DNA of 64,000 nucleotides from Pseudomonadota bacterium (GTDB taxonomy: Bacteria; Pseudomonadota; Alphaproteobacteria; Caulobacterales; Caulobacteraceae): assembly GCA_046725615.1 (NCBI GenBank), contig JBKOYY010000004.1:9389-73388 (forward strand). Direction: 5' to 3'. Of this stretch, positions 50,918-60,867 are shown one piece after another. Each line of letters starts with the position of its first letter. Position 1 is the first letter of the stretch. Under the pieces are notes generated by a model, which was not told the DNA's origin, did not search any database, and worked only from the letters and a program-made list of their open reading frames with translations. Position numbers and translations under genes: made by a program.

Positions 50918-52015
50918 ATGGACGCGCCGACGCCGGCCTTGCGTCGCCGCCGCTGGTGGCTGACCGGTCTGCTCGGCATTGCGCTCGTCCTGGCGGTTGG
51001 CGTGGTGGCGTTCTGGGGCGACCTCGTCTCGACGGCGCTGGACCCGAAGGTGCCGTTCCAGACCTATGACCCGCCGCCGCCGCCGGACTATGCGCGGTCG
51101 GAGGCCTGGTACCTGCGGCCGAAGGCGGACAACGACCTTCCCGCGGACATCTTCTTCATCGCGCCGACGACCTACGACGGCGGCCGCAACTGGAACGCCC
51201 GGCTCAACGCACGCAAGGCCAGTCGGCAGTTCGAGCGCGTGATGGCGCCCAATTACGTCGGCCCGTTCGTGAGCGTTGGGCGGGTCTTTGCGCCGCGATA
51301 CCGACAGGCCAGCCTCTACAGCCTGACGACCCTCCGGGAAGACGCGCGTGAGGCGCGGCAGTTCGCCTACGGCGACGTTCGAGACGCCTTTCGCCACTAT
51401 CTGGCTCATGACAACGGTGGCCGACCCTTCCTGATCGTGGGCGTGGAGCAGGGGGGCACCCTGGGCCTGCGGCTGCTGGCCGAGGAGATCGCGACCGACC
51501 CGATACTGAAGAGCCGGCTGGTGGCGGCCTACCTCGTGGACACGGTCGCCCCGGCCGACACGCCGCCTCTCCCCCCCTGCGTCGAGCGCGACCAAGCCGG
51601 ATGCCTGGCCGCCTGGGCGAGGGTCTACGACGGAGACTTCGACGCCGCCAAACGACTGCTGGACCGGGCGTTGGTCTGGGCGCCGACCGGGGAGCTGGTG
51701 AATCTCTCGCCGCGCCCGGCCCTTTGCTTCAACCCAATCCTGGGGGCGGTCACGGACCACCCCGCTCCGGCGCGGCTTCACCTGGGCGCGGCGAACGCGA
51801 CCGGGCTGGAATGGGGCGCGCGGCCGGCGTTCACCGCACGCCACGTCTCCGCCCGTTGCGAGGGCGGCGTGCTGCGGGTCAGCCGCCCGAGGTCGTCGGC
51901 CTTCAAGCCGAGCGGAGACTGGGCGGACCGGCGAAAGGTCCCGGGGTTCAACCTCTTCTACGCGGACCTCGAGGCGGACGCGAAGCATCGGCTGGCGGCC
52001 TGGCGCGCGCGGTGA
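50918..52015 (+). CDS. DUF3089 family membrane-anchored alpha/beta-hydrolase-like protein
   Basis: N-terminal TM helix; DIFFIAPTTY, VFAPRYRQA, AFRHYLAHDNGGRPFLIVG, FNLFY. Confidence 0.8.
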   Translation: MDAPTPALRRRRWWLTGLLGIALVLAVGVVAFWGDLVSTALDPKVPFQTYDPPPPPDYARSEAWYLRPKADNDLPADIFFIAPTTYDGGRNWNARLNARKASRQFERVMAPNYVGPFVSVGRVFAPRYRQASLYSLTTLREDAREARQFAYGDVRDAFRHYLAHDNGGRPFLIVGVEQGGTLGLRLLAEEIATDPILKSRLVAAYLVDTVAPADTPPLPPCVERDQAGCLAAWARVYDGDFDAAKRLLDRALVWAPTGELVNLSPRPALCFNPILGAVTDHPAPARLHLGAANATGLEWGARPAFTARHVSARCEGGVLRVSRPRSSAFKPSGDWADRRKVPGFNLFYADLEADAKHRLAAWRAR

Positions 52016-52044
52016 CAAGCTCCCGGCCAAAACGGGAGGACACC

Positions 52045-53040
52045 ATGACCAATCGCCAGATCGTTCTGGATCGACTGCCGCAGGGCGAGCGCTTGGCGCC
52101 GGAGCACTTCCGGCTGACCACGGCCGAGACACCGACGCCCGGCGACGGCGAGGTGCTGGTCAGGACGCGCTATGTCTCGCTGGACGCCGCAAACCGCGCC
52201 TGGATGCAAGGCGCGACCTACCGATCGGCGCTGGACGCCGGGCAGGTGATGGCGGGCGGCGCGCTGGCCGAGGTGGTCGACTCGCGTGTGGCGCACCTGA
52301 AGCCGGGCGACCTCGTTTTCGGCGACACCGGGTGGCAGGACTACGCCGTCCTGCCGGGCAAGAAGCTGGCCAGACTGCCGGACCTGAAACCGGCGACGCA
52401 CCTGCTCAGCGTCTATGGCGTTGCCGGGCTCACGGCCTACTTCGGCCTGCTCGAGTGCGGCCGACCCAAGGCCGGGGAGACCGTCGTGGTTTCGGCTGCC
52501 GCCGGTTCCGTCGGCTCGATCGTCGGGCAGATCGCCCGGATCAAGGGTTGCCGCGTGATCGGCATCGCCGGGGGCGCAGAAAAGGGTCGCTGGCTGACGG
52601 ACGAGCTCGGGTTCCACGGCGCCGTGGACTACAAGTCGCCAGAGTTCAAGCGCGAGCTTCGCGCCGCGGTCCCGAGCGGTATCGATGTCTATTTCGACAA
52701 CGTGGGCGGCGACGTGTTCGAGGCCTGCCTGTTCGGGATGAACAACTATGGTCGGATCGCCTGCTGCGGGGCGGTCTCCAGCTATGACGGCGCACCGCCG
52801 CGCCACGGCCCCCGGGGCGTGCCCGGGCTGATCGTCACCAAGCGACTGACGGTGCGCGGCTTCATCGTCTCGGATTTCGCCGAGCATAACGACAAGGCGT
52901 TGTCCGACCTCCAGGGCTGGGTCGCGTCGGGTGAGCTCAAGGTTCAGGAAGACGTCATCGACGGGTTCGAGAACCTCCCGGCGGCGCTGGTCGGGCTGCT
53001 CCACGGGGAGAACCGCGGCAAGCGGATGGTCCGCGTCTAG
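52045..53040 (+). CDS. NADP-dependent oxidoreductase (MDR family, CurA/PTGR-like)
   Basis: NRQIVL, YVSLD, GLTAYFGL, VSAAAGSVG, YFDNVGG, RIACCG, GENRGK; GGAGGA RBS. Confidence 0.92.
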   Translation: MTNRQIVLDRLPQGERLAPEHFRLTTAETPTPGDGEVLVRTRYVSLDAANRAWMQGATYRSALDAGQVMAGGALAEVVDSRVAHLKPGDLVFGDTGWQDYAVLPGKKLARLPDLKPATHLLSVYGVAGLTAYFGLLECGRPKAGETVVVSAAAGSVGSIVGQIARIKGCRVIGIAGGAEKGRWLTDELGFHGAVDYKSPEFKRELRAAVPSGIDVYFDNVGGDVFEACLFGMNNYGRIACCGAVSSYDGAPPRHGPRGVPGLIVTKRLTVRGFIVSDFAEHNDKALSDLQGWVASGELKVQEDVIDGFENLPAALVGLLHGENRGKRMVRV

Positions 53041-55112
53041 CCGGCGTCGCGCAGGGTCAGACCGGCCTTCCAGTCGAACAGCTCCTGCAGAACCTGAAGA
53101 GCCCGGCCCCGAGGGCTGGCCAGCTCTGGGTCACGGGCGACGACAAGGCGGGCATCGTCGCCGGCCGCGGCGATAAGCTCGCGATGGACGAACGGATCGG
53201 CGAAAACGTAGTCGGGAAGGCCGCTCTGGCGCAGGCCGAGGGCGTCGCCGCCGCCCCGCAGCTCCAGGTCCTTCTCGGCGATCACGAACCCGTCGTCGGT
53301 GCGGCGCAAGATGTCCAGCCGCTGCTGAGCGGTCTCGGACAGCGGCGGATCATAGAGCAGGACGCACGCGCTCTCGCGCCGGCCGCGACCGACCCGTCCT
53401 CTGAGCTGGTGGAGCTGGGCGAGGCCAAAGCGTTCGGCCTGCTCGATCACCATGATCGTGGCGTTCGGCACGTTGACGCCCACCTCGACGACGGTCGTCG
53501 CAACCAGAACCGATAGCCTCCCGTCCGCGAACTCGGCCATCACCGCGTCCTTCTCGGCAGCGGGCATCTTGCCATGGATCAGGCCCACGCCCGGACCGAT
53601 CGCCTTGCGAAGAGCCAACGCCCGCATCTCGGCTGCTGCCAGGTCGCTGACCTCTGATTCAGAGACCAGCGGGCAGATCCAGAAAGCCTGCGCGCCGCCC
53701 GCTGCCGCCTCCCTCAGGCGTCCGACGATCTCCTCGACGCGCGGCATGGGGACGGCCCGAGTGGCGACGGGGGTGCGCCCCGGAGGCTTCTCGTCGATGC
53801 GGCTGACGTCGAGGTCTCCGTACATCGTCAGCTCGAGGGTCCGGGGGATCGGTGTCGCCGACATGGCGATGAGGTGGGTGGCCTCTCCCTTGGCCTGGAG
53901 GCGCTGCCGCTCGGCGACGCCGAACCGGTGCTGCTCGTCGATGACCACCAGCTGGAGTCTGCTGAACCTCACCTCATCCTGGAAGAGGGCGTGGGTGCCG
54001 ACCGCCACCTTGGCTTCTCCCGAAGCTAGCGCTCTCAGTTTCTCGGCCCGCTGGGCGCCCTTGTCCCGGCCGGTGAGCAGGATGACGCTGACGCCGTGGG
54101 CGGCGAGGGGACCCGAGATGGTCTCGTAGTGCTGTCGTGCGAGGATCTCAGTCGGAGCCATCAGGGCGCTCTGGCCGCCGGCCTCGGCCACATCGGCCAT
54201 GGCGCACATCGCCACCACAGTCTTGCCCGACCCGACGTCGCCCTGGACGAGCCGGCTCATCCGCTCGCCGGCGCCGAAGTCCTGCCTGATGTCGTCAAGC
54301 GCGCGTTCCTGGGCGCCGGTGAAGGCGAAGGGCAGGTCGGCCTTCAGCGCCTGCGCCAGAGCGCTGGGCGCTATTCGCGCCGCCGGCTCACGGCGGCGAG
54401 CCGCCTTGCGCTGGGCCATGGCGAGCTGGTGAGCCAGCAGCTCGTCATAGGCCAGGCGCCGCCGGTGCAGGCTGAGTGGGGAGAGATCGGCCTCGCTGCG
54501 GGGGGAATGCAGCAACTCCATGGCCTCCAGCCACGACGGAAACCGCTCGCGGGCCAGGAAGGCGGGGTCCTGCCACTCAGGCAGATCGGGCGCCCGGGCC
54601 TGTGCCTCCAGCACGAAGCCGCGGACGCGCCGGGGGGGCAGGCCCTCGGTCGCGGGATAGACGGCTTCGATCTCGGGGATGTCGTCCCGGCGTTCGGGAT
54701 CGACCATGTAGTCCGGATGCACCATCTGGCGACCGAACCGGGTTTCCTCGACCTTGCCCGACACGATCCGCCGCGCCCCGACCGGGTGGCGCTGCTGGAG
54801 CTGGTCGCCGAAGCGTCCGAAGAAGACCAGGGTGATCAGGCCGGTCGCGTCAGCCGCCTGCACCCGCCAGGGCTGACTGGCCACGCGCGGCTTCTGGTAG
54901 TCCTGGATCGTGACCTCGAAGGTCATCACCTGGCCGTCCACCGCAGCCGAGAGCACCGCCGGGGTCCGCACGATCAAGGCATGGGGCTGCAGCCACAGCA
55001 CGTCGCGGACGAGGGGGCCGGCCACCTTCTCCAGCAGAGGCGCCACGCGAGGACCGACGCCCTTCAAGGACGTGATCGGCGCAAAAAGCGGGAACAGAAT
55101 CTCCGGCCGCAT
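53037..55112 (-). CDS. recG: ATP-dependent DNA helicase RecG
   Basis: LKGVG, QGDVGSGKT, MAPTEILA, DEQHRFG, MSATPIPRT, LHQLRGRVGR, DLELRG; start re-picked at ATG 55112. Confidence 0.96.
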   Translation of the reverse strand: MRPEILFPLFAPITSLKGVGPRVAPLLEKVAGPLVRDVLWLQPHALIVRTPAVLSAAVDGQVMTFEVTIQDYQKPRVASQPWRVQAADATGLITLVFFGRFGDQLQQRHPVGARRIVSGKVEETRFGRQMVHPDYMVDPERRDDIPEIEAVYPATEGLPPRRVRGFVLEAQARAPDLPEWQDPAFLARERFPSWLEAMELLHSPRSEADLSPLSLHRRRLAYDELLAHQLAMAQRKAARRREPAARIAPSALAQALKADLPFAFTGAQERALDDIRQDFGAGERMSRLVQGDVGSGKTVVAMCAMADVAEAGGQSALMAPTEILARQHYETISGPLAAHGVSVILLTGRDKGAQRAEKLRALASGEAKVAVGTHALFQDEVRFSRLQLVVIDEQHRFGVAERQRLQAKGEATHLIAMSATPIPRTLELTMYGDLDVSRIDEKPPGRTPVATRAVPMPRVEEIVGRLREAAAGGAQAFWICPLVSESEVSDLAAAEMRALALRKAIGPGVGLIHGKMPAAEKDAVMAEFADGRLSVLVATTVVEVGVNVPNATIMVIEQAERFGLAQLHQLRGRVGRGRRESACVLLYDPPLSETAQQRLDILRRTDDGFVIAEKDLELRGGGDALGLRQSGLPDYVFADPFVHRELIAAAGDDARLVVARDPELASPRGRALQVLQELFDWKAGLTLRDAG

Positions 55113-55172
55113 CCTTCGACCATAGCCGACTGGCGCGAAGGACCGCGCCGCTCTATATCCGCGACCTCTCGC

Positions 55173-55466
55173 ATGACGACAAACGATGCAAGGCTCAAGA
55201 AGCTGAAGCTGCGGGCCTGGCGCCGCGGCTTCCGGGAAGCGGACCTCATCCTGGGGCCGTTCGCGGATCAACACGTCTCGACGTTCACGGCAGCAGAGCT
55301 CGACTGGTTCGAAGCCCTGCTGGAGCAACCGGACCAGGACCTCTACGGCTGGATCCTCGAACGCGAGCCCACACCGGCCGAGTTCGACGGCCCGCTGATG
55401 GACCGGCTCAAGGCGTTCCGAGACCAGGCCCACCGGCATGTCACCGATGGCCCCGACCATGGCTGA
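55173..55466 (+). CDS. sdhE: Succinate dehydrogenase assembly factor 2 (SdhE)
   Basis: LRAWRRGFREADLILG, LLEQPDQDLYGW; conserved between recG and mfd. Confidence 0.92.
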   Translation: MTTNDARLKKLKLRAWRRGFREADLILGPFADQHVSTFTAAELDWFEALLEQPDQDLYGWILEREPTPAEFDGPLMDRLKAFRDQAHRHVTDGPDHG

Positions 55467-58400
55467 CGGCGCTCGCCCGCTGTCCACGGCGCAGATGCGG
55501 CGCGTCGCCGACGATCCGGGACGCCTGGACCTGGTCGGCGCGCCGGAGGGATTCGACGCCCTGGTCGCCGCAGACATCCTGAAGGCGCGGAAGGGCCTGT
55601 TGGTCTTCGTGGCGCGGGACGCCGCGCGCCTTTCGGCCTTCACCGACGCCTTCCGGTTCTTCGCCCAGGGCGTCGAGGTGCTGACATTCCCGTCTTGGGA
55701 CTGCCTCCCGTACGATCGCGTCGGGCCATCAGCCGGCGTCGCCGCGCAGCGGATGGCGACGTTGTCGCAGTTGGCCGCCGGGCTGGACGGCAAGCCGCGG
55801 CTGTTGGTGACAACCGTGCCTGCGCTGATCCAGCGGGTCCCGCCGGTATCGGCGGTAAAGCGCGCCAGCTATTCGGCCAAGGTCGGTAATTCGGTCGAGA
55901 TCGGCGACCTTGAGGCCTATTTCGCGGTCAACGGCTACAGTCGCGCCTCCACCGTCTCGGAGAAGGGCGAGTTCGCGATCCGCGGCGGGGTGATCGACGT
56001 GTTCCCGCCGGGCGCGGAGGAGCCGGTCCGGCTGGACCTTTTCGGCGACACGCTGGAGTCGATCCGCGCCTTCGACCCGGAAACCCAGCGCTCTACCAGG
56101 CAGCTGAAGGACGTCTCGCTCCTTCCGGTCAGCGAGGCCCTGCTGGACAAGGAGGCGATCAGCCGCTTCCGCACGGGCTATCTCGAGACCTTCGGCGCGC
56201 CGGGAGATGACCCGCTCTACGCCACGATCAGCGAAGGCGGCCGGCGGGCGGGCATGGAGCATTACCTGCCGCTGTTCTACCCGGGCCTGGCGAGCCTGTT
56301 CGACTACCTGCCGAAGGACACGGTGATCGCGCTGGATCATCTGGCCCGCGACGCACGCGACGAGCGGCTGGCGATGATCGCCGACGCCTATGAAGCGCGG
56401 TCGAACACCGAGCGGAAGACCCAGTATCATCCGCTTGAACCCACGCGCCTCTACCTCGACGAGGCCGAATGGAGCGAGGCGCTCGCCGTACGCCCGACCC
56501 GCCGTTTCAGCGCATTCAACGAAGCCGAGGGCGAGGTCGTCGTCGACATGGGCGCGCGGGCCGGGCGCAATTTCTCGGCCGAGCGCAAGCTGGACAGCGT
56601 CAACCTGTTCGAGGCCACGGTCGACCACGCCAAGGCGCTGAGCGCCGGCGGCAAGCGCGTGCTGTTCGCAAGCTGGTCCGAGGGATCGTCCGACCGCCTG
56701 GGCCATATGCTGGCCGACCACGGGCTCAAGAAACTGCCGCTCGCGCCCTACTGGGACGCGGCGAAGGCCGGCGATCCGAAGTCGCCGCAACGCGTGATCC
56801 TGCCGCTGGACGCCGGCTTCGAGACCGACAACCTGGCGGTCATCTCGGAAACCGACATCCTCGGCGACCGCCTGGCGCGGCCACGCAAGCGCCGTCGGGC
56901 CTCGAATTTCCTGGCCGAGGCGTCCGCCCTGACTCCGGGTGACCTCGTGGTCCACATCGACCACGGCATTGGCCGCTACGAGGGCCTGAAGACCCTCGAC
57001 GTGCAGGGGGCGCCGCACGACACCCTGGAGTTGCAGTACGGCGGCGACGCCAAGCTCTACCTGCCGGTCGAGAACATCGACCTGCTGACCCGCTACGGCG
57101 CTGACAGCGAAGGCGTGCAACTCGACCGGCTGGGCGGCGCGGCCTGGCAGGCGCGAAAGGCCCGGGCCAAGGAACGGCTCCGGGAAATGGCCGACGGCCT
57201 CATCCGGATCGCCGCCGAGCGGGCCATGCGCCAGACCGAAGCGGCCGAGCCTCCGCAGGGCCTGTTCGACGAATTCTGCGCCCGCTTCCCCTACGAGGAA
57301 ACCGACGACCAGCTCGCCGCTATCGGCGACGTGCTCGAGGACCTCGGCGCCGGCAAGCCGATGGACCGGCTGATCTGTGGAGACGTCGGCTTCGGCAAGA
57401 CTGAGGTCGCGCTGCGGGCCGCCTTCGTGGTGGCCATGAGCGGCAAACAGGTGGCCGTGGTCGCGCCAACGACCCTGCTGGCGCGCCAGCACTTCAAGAC
57501 CTTCTCCGAACGGTTCGAGGGATGGCCGGTCAAGGTCCGCCGCCTCTCGCGCATGGTGCCCGCCAAGGAAGCCTCGGAAACGCGCGAGGGCCTGGCCAAT
57601 GGGGAGGTGGAGATCGTCGTCGGCACCCATGCGGTGCTGTCGAAGCAGGTCAGCTTCAAGGAGCTCGGCCTCGTGATCGTCGACGAGGAGCAGCACTTCG
57701 GCGTGAAGCACAAGGAGAAGCTCAAGGAGCTTCGCGCCGACGTGCACATGCTGACGTTGACCGCCACGCCGATCCCCCGGACGCTCCAGATGTCGCTCAG
57801 CGGTATCCGGGAGATGTCGATCATCGCCACGCCGCCGGTCGACCGGCTGGCGGTGCGCACCTACATCACCCCGTGGGATCCGGTCGTCGTTCGCGAAGCG
57901 CTGCTGCGCGAGAAGTATCGCGGCGGCCAGGCCTACTTTGTCTGCCCGCGGATCAACGACCTTCCGGAGCTGGAACGGTTCCTGCGCGAACAGGTCCCCG
58001 AGGTGAAGTTCGTGGTCGGCCACGGCCAGATGGCCCCGACCCAGCTCGAGGAGGTGATGACCGCCTTCTACGACGGCCAGTACGATGTGCTGTTGGCCAC
58101 CACGATCGTGGAGAGCGGCCTCGACATCCCGACCGCCAACACCATGATCATCCACCGGGCCGACATGTTCGGCCTGGCGCAGATGTACCAGCTGCGCGGA
58201 CGCGTGGGCCGGTCCAAGGCGCGCGCCTACGCCTATCTGACGACTCCGGCCGAGAAGCAGATCACCCTCTCGGCCGAGAAGCGGCTGAAGGTGCTGCAGT
58301 CCCTGGACAGCCTGGGGGCCGGTTTCCAGCTCGCGAGCCACGACCTCGACATCCGGGGTGGCGGCAACCTGCTGGGCGACGAACAGTCGGGTCACATCAA

Positions 58401-58944
58401 GGAGATCGGGGTCGAACTCTACCAGCAGATGCTGGAGGATGCGGTGAACGAGCTGAAGGCTCGGGCCGACGCCGACGCGCTCGTGCCGGACCGTGGATGG
58501 TCGCCTCAGATCAACACCGGCGCGGCAGTCCTCATCCCCGACGAATATGTGCCGGACCTGAACGTCAGGCTGGCGCTCTATCGCCGCATCTCGGACGCCG
58601 AGAAGGCGCAGGACCGGGAAGCGCTGGCGGCCGAGCTGATCGACCGCTTCGGGCCGCTGCCGCCCGAGGCGGATCAACTTCTGAAGGTGGTGGCCATCAA
58701 GGGCATGTGCCGCGAAGCCAACGTGGCGAAGATCGACGTCGGTCCGAAGGGAGCCGTGGTCACCTTCCGCAACGACGATTTCCGCAATCCGGCCGCGCTC
58801 GTGCAGTTCATCGCCAAGAATACGATGGCCTGGAAGCTGCGTCCGGACCACAAGGTCGTGGTGAAAGGCGAGTGGGAGACGCCCAAGCAGCGCCTTGGCG
58901 CCGCCGAAAAGGTGTTGTCGGAGTTGGCCCGCCTGGCCAGGTGA
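55459..58944 (+). CDS. mfd: Transcription-repair coupling factor
   Basis: WDCLPYD, RGGVIDVF, GDLVVHIDHGIGRY, CGDVGFGKTEV, DEEQHFGV, HDLDIRGGGNLLG. Confidence 0.97.
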   Translation: MADGARPLSTAQMRRVADDPGRLDLVGAPEGFDALVAADILKARKGLLVFVARDAARLSAFTDAFRFFAQGVEVLTFPSWDCLPYDRVGPSAGVAAQRMATLSQLAAGLDGKPRLLVTTVPALIQRVPPVSAVKRASYSAKVGNSVEIGDLEAYFAVNGYSRASTVSEKGEFAIRGGVIDVFPPGAEEPVRLDLFGDTLESIRAFDPETQRSTRQLKDVSLLPVSEALLDKEAISRFRTGYLETFGAPGDDPLYATISEGGRRAGMEHYLPLFYPGLASLFDYLPKDTVIALDHLARDARDERLAMIADAYEARSNTERKTQYHPLEPTRLYLDEAEWSEALAVRPTRRFSAFNEAEGEVVVDMGARAGRNFSAERKLDSVNLFEATVDHAKALSAGGKRVLFASWSEGSSDRLGHMLADHGLKKLPLAPYWDAAKAGDPKSPQRVILPLDAGFETDNLAVISETDILGDRLARPRKRRRASNFLAEASALTPGDLVVHIDHGIGRYEGLKTLDVQGAPHDTLELQYGGDAKLYLPVENIDLLTRYGADSEGVQLDRLGGAAWQARKARAKERLREMADGLIRIAAERAMRQTEAAEPPQGLFDEFCARFPYEETDDQLAAIGDVLEDLGAGKPMDRLICGDVGFGKTEVALRAAFVVAMSGKQVAVVAPTTLLARQHFKTFSERFEGWPVKVRRLSRMVPAKEASETREGLANGEVEIVVGTHAVLSKQVSFKELGLVIVDEEQHFGVKHKEKLKELRADVHMLTLTATPIPRTLQMSLSGIREMSIIATPPVDRLAVRTYITPWDPVVVREALLREKYRGGQAYFVCPRINDLPELERFLREQVPEVKFVVGHGQMAPTQLEEVMTAFYDGQYDVLLATTIVESGLDIPTANTMIIHRADMFGLAQMYQLRGRVGRSKARAYAYLTTPAEKQITLSAEKRLKVLQSLDSLGAGFQLASHDLDIRGGGNLLGDEQSGHIKEIGVELYQQMLEDAVNELKARADADALVPDRGWSPQINTGAAVLIPDEYVPDLNVRLALYRRISDAEKAQDREALAAELIDRFGPLPPEADQLLKVVAIKGMCREANVAKIDVGPKGAVVTFRNDDFRNPAALVQFIAKNTMAWKLRPDHKVVVKGEWETPKQRLGAAEKVLSELARLAR

Positions 58945-59018
58945 CCCACGTCCGGAGTGGGTGAAGCTGGACACCGGCGACGTGCCCGGGTGTCGTGAAA
59001 AGTCGCGAGGAGACCTTG

Positions 59019-59405
59019 ATGCGAAACGTCTTGCTGAGCCTGACCGCCGCCATCGCCCTGGCGGCCGTCGCGCCGCCTGCGCTGGCGCAGGCGCCCGGAG
59101 GCTCCGAGCAGGCCGATACCCGCTGCCTGCTGGTGCTTCAGCTCATCGCCCGCGACCCCAAGCAGGCCGAGCAGGCGTCCAAGGGGATGTATTTCTACCT
59201 CGGCCGCCTGACCGCCCGCGGCCCCACGGCCCGGCTCGAGGGCCTGCTTAAAGCCGAGGCGGCGAAGATGCCGCAACAGCAGCAGGTGCAGGCGGAACTC
59301 CAGCGCTGCAGCGGCGAGCTGAACGCCCGGACGCAGGAATATCAGGCGGTGGGCAAGCGGCTGTCAGCCGCGGCGCGAGCCGCCGCGCCGCCGGCCAAAC
59401 AATAG
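59019..59405 (+). CDS. Small exported hypothetical protein with two cysteines
   Basis: GAGGAG RBS; signal peptide ending ALA; DTRC...MYFYLGRL...QRC. Confidence 0.75.
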   Translation: MRNVLLSLTAAIALAAVAPPALAQAPGGSEQADTRCLLVLQLIARDPKQAEQASKGMYFYLGRLTARGPTARLEGLLKAEAAKMPQQQQVQAELQRCSGELNARTQEYQAVGKRLSAAARAAAPPAKQ

Positions 59406-59415
59406 CGCGGGCGTT

Positions 59416-60750
59416 TCAGCTGGCTTTGCGGCCGTGGGCCATGGCCGCAGCCTGCTCGAGCGCCAATCCAACGGCCTCGGGCGACGCGACCTCGGCCACG
59501 CCCAGGTCGAATTCCACGACGAAGGGCGTGGCGCCCTGGCCGGCCTCGAAAGCCGTGCACCCGATCACCGCGGCGATCCGTTCGCCGGCAGCGCGCGCGG
59601 CGTGAAGGGGTGTCGCGGGTAGGGCGAGGGCGAAGACCTCAGGCGCCAGGCGGGCCGCAGTGTCCTCGGCGCGCACCAGTCGGCCGATCATCGAGCCGAT
59701 CTGCGGCACGGCCCTGGCGACCCAGCCGCCGGCGCGCGGCGCCTTCAGCTCCGGCTTCTCGGCGACCTTCAGCATGCAGACGCTCAGCGGCCTGTTCCGC
59801 TCGCGCGAGCACCGCGCGAGGCGCACGAGGTGGCCGGCGAACAGATCGCGGGTGAAGAGGCCGGTCGCCGCGTCCATGAGGCCGGACCCCCGCGCCTGAT
59901 CCAGCGCGGCCCGGACGCCCTTCTGCCGACGGTAGGCCCGCGCCAGTTCGACGACACGCAGCGCGGTCTCGCTCTCCGGCGTCTCGGGCGAGGCCACGTC
60001 CGAAATGCCGCGATTGTAGGCCTCGGCCGCCGTGATCGGCGACTGGGCGCGCATGTAGAGCAGGGCAGGGGTGTGGTAGAGGCGCGTGTTGCGCCGCAAG
60101 CCGGCGGCGATCGACAGGGCCTCCTGCGGATTTTCGCCCGCCCAGAGCACCACGGCGTCGAAGGGGCGCTCGTGCAGATAGTCGAAGGCCGTGAAGGCCG
60201 TGAAGGCGCCCACCACCTCGGCCCCGCTGCGGGCGAGAGCGTTGGAAAGCGCCAGGAACTGGGGTGCCGGTTCCCCGATGGCCAGGACGCGATAGGGCGT
60301 CGAGTCGATTTCGGGCGGGTCGAGTGGATGGCCGCGCTCGGCGAAGGTTTCGATCCGGACCTCGAACTCCTCTTCGGCGACGGCCGTGCGGACCAGCGTC
60401 TCCAGACGCATGGCGGCCTGCGCCGGATGCAGCGGGCCGGCGAGGGTGAGGTCGTAGCCACGATCGTTCTGGAAGGGATCGGGGGCGCCCATGGCCAGGA
60501 CGGGCAGATGGCGCGGCGCACAGGCGGCGCGCAGCCGATCGGGCAGGCCTTCGGCCTCGCGGCCGTCCATCAAGGACAGGTCCACGATCGCGGCCTGAAT
60601 TTGCAGATCGGAAAGCGCAGCCGCAGCCGCAGCCTCGCTGCGCGCGGTCACCGTGCGCCAGCCGAGCCGGTCCAGGCCCTCCGCAAGGGGACCTGCCGTG
60701 GAATCGTCACGCGCGACGATCAGGACTCGCGCCTGGATCCCTGCCGCCAT
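59416..60750 (-). CDS. popA: PopA-like c-di-GMP effector (two receiver-like domains plus degenerate GGDEF)
   Basis: PleD-like architecture; DAATGLFTR, I-site RAED, A-site replaced by APEVF; adjacent to mfd as in Caulobacter. Confidence 0.85.
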   Translation of the reverse strand: MAAGIQARVLIVARDDSTAGPLAEGLDRLGWRTVTARSEAAAAAALSDLQIQAAIVDLSLMDGREAEGLPDRLRAACAPRHLPVLAMGAPDPFQNDRGYDLTLAGPLHPAQAAMRLETLVRTAVAEEEFEVRIETFAERGHPLDPPEIDSTPYRVLAIGEPAPQFLALSNALARSGAEVVGAFTAFTAFDYLHERPFDAVVLWAGENPQEALSIAAGLRRNTRLYHTPALLYMRAQSPITAAEAYNRGISDVASPETPESETALRVVELARAYRRQKGVRAALDQARGSGLMDAATGLFTRDLFAGHLVRLARCSRERNRPLSVCMLKVAEKPELKAPRAGGWVARAVPQIGSMIGRLVRAEDTAARLAPEVFALALPATPLHAARAAGERIAAVIGCTAFEAGQGATPFVVEFDLGVAEVASPEAVGLALEQAAAMAHGRKAS

Positions 60751-60867
60751 ATCCCCATCCGTCAGCGCCCTGTCCTGCCCTAAGCACGGAATCACCAGGG
60801 CCGGTAGAGTTGTCCCATATCCCTCCGCAGGTTGCGGAAGGGTTTCATTGTCGCAGGGAGGGGAACC

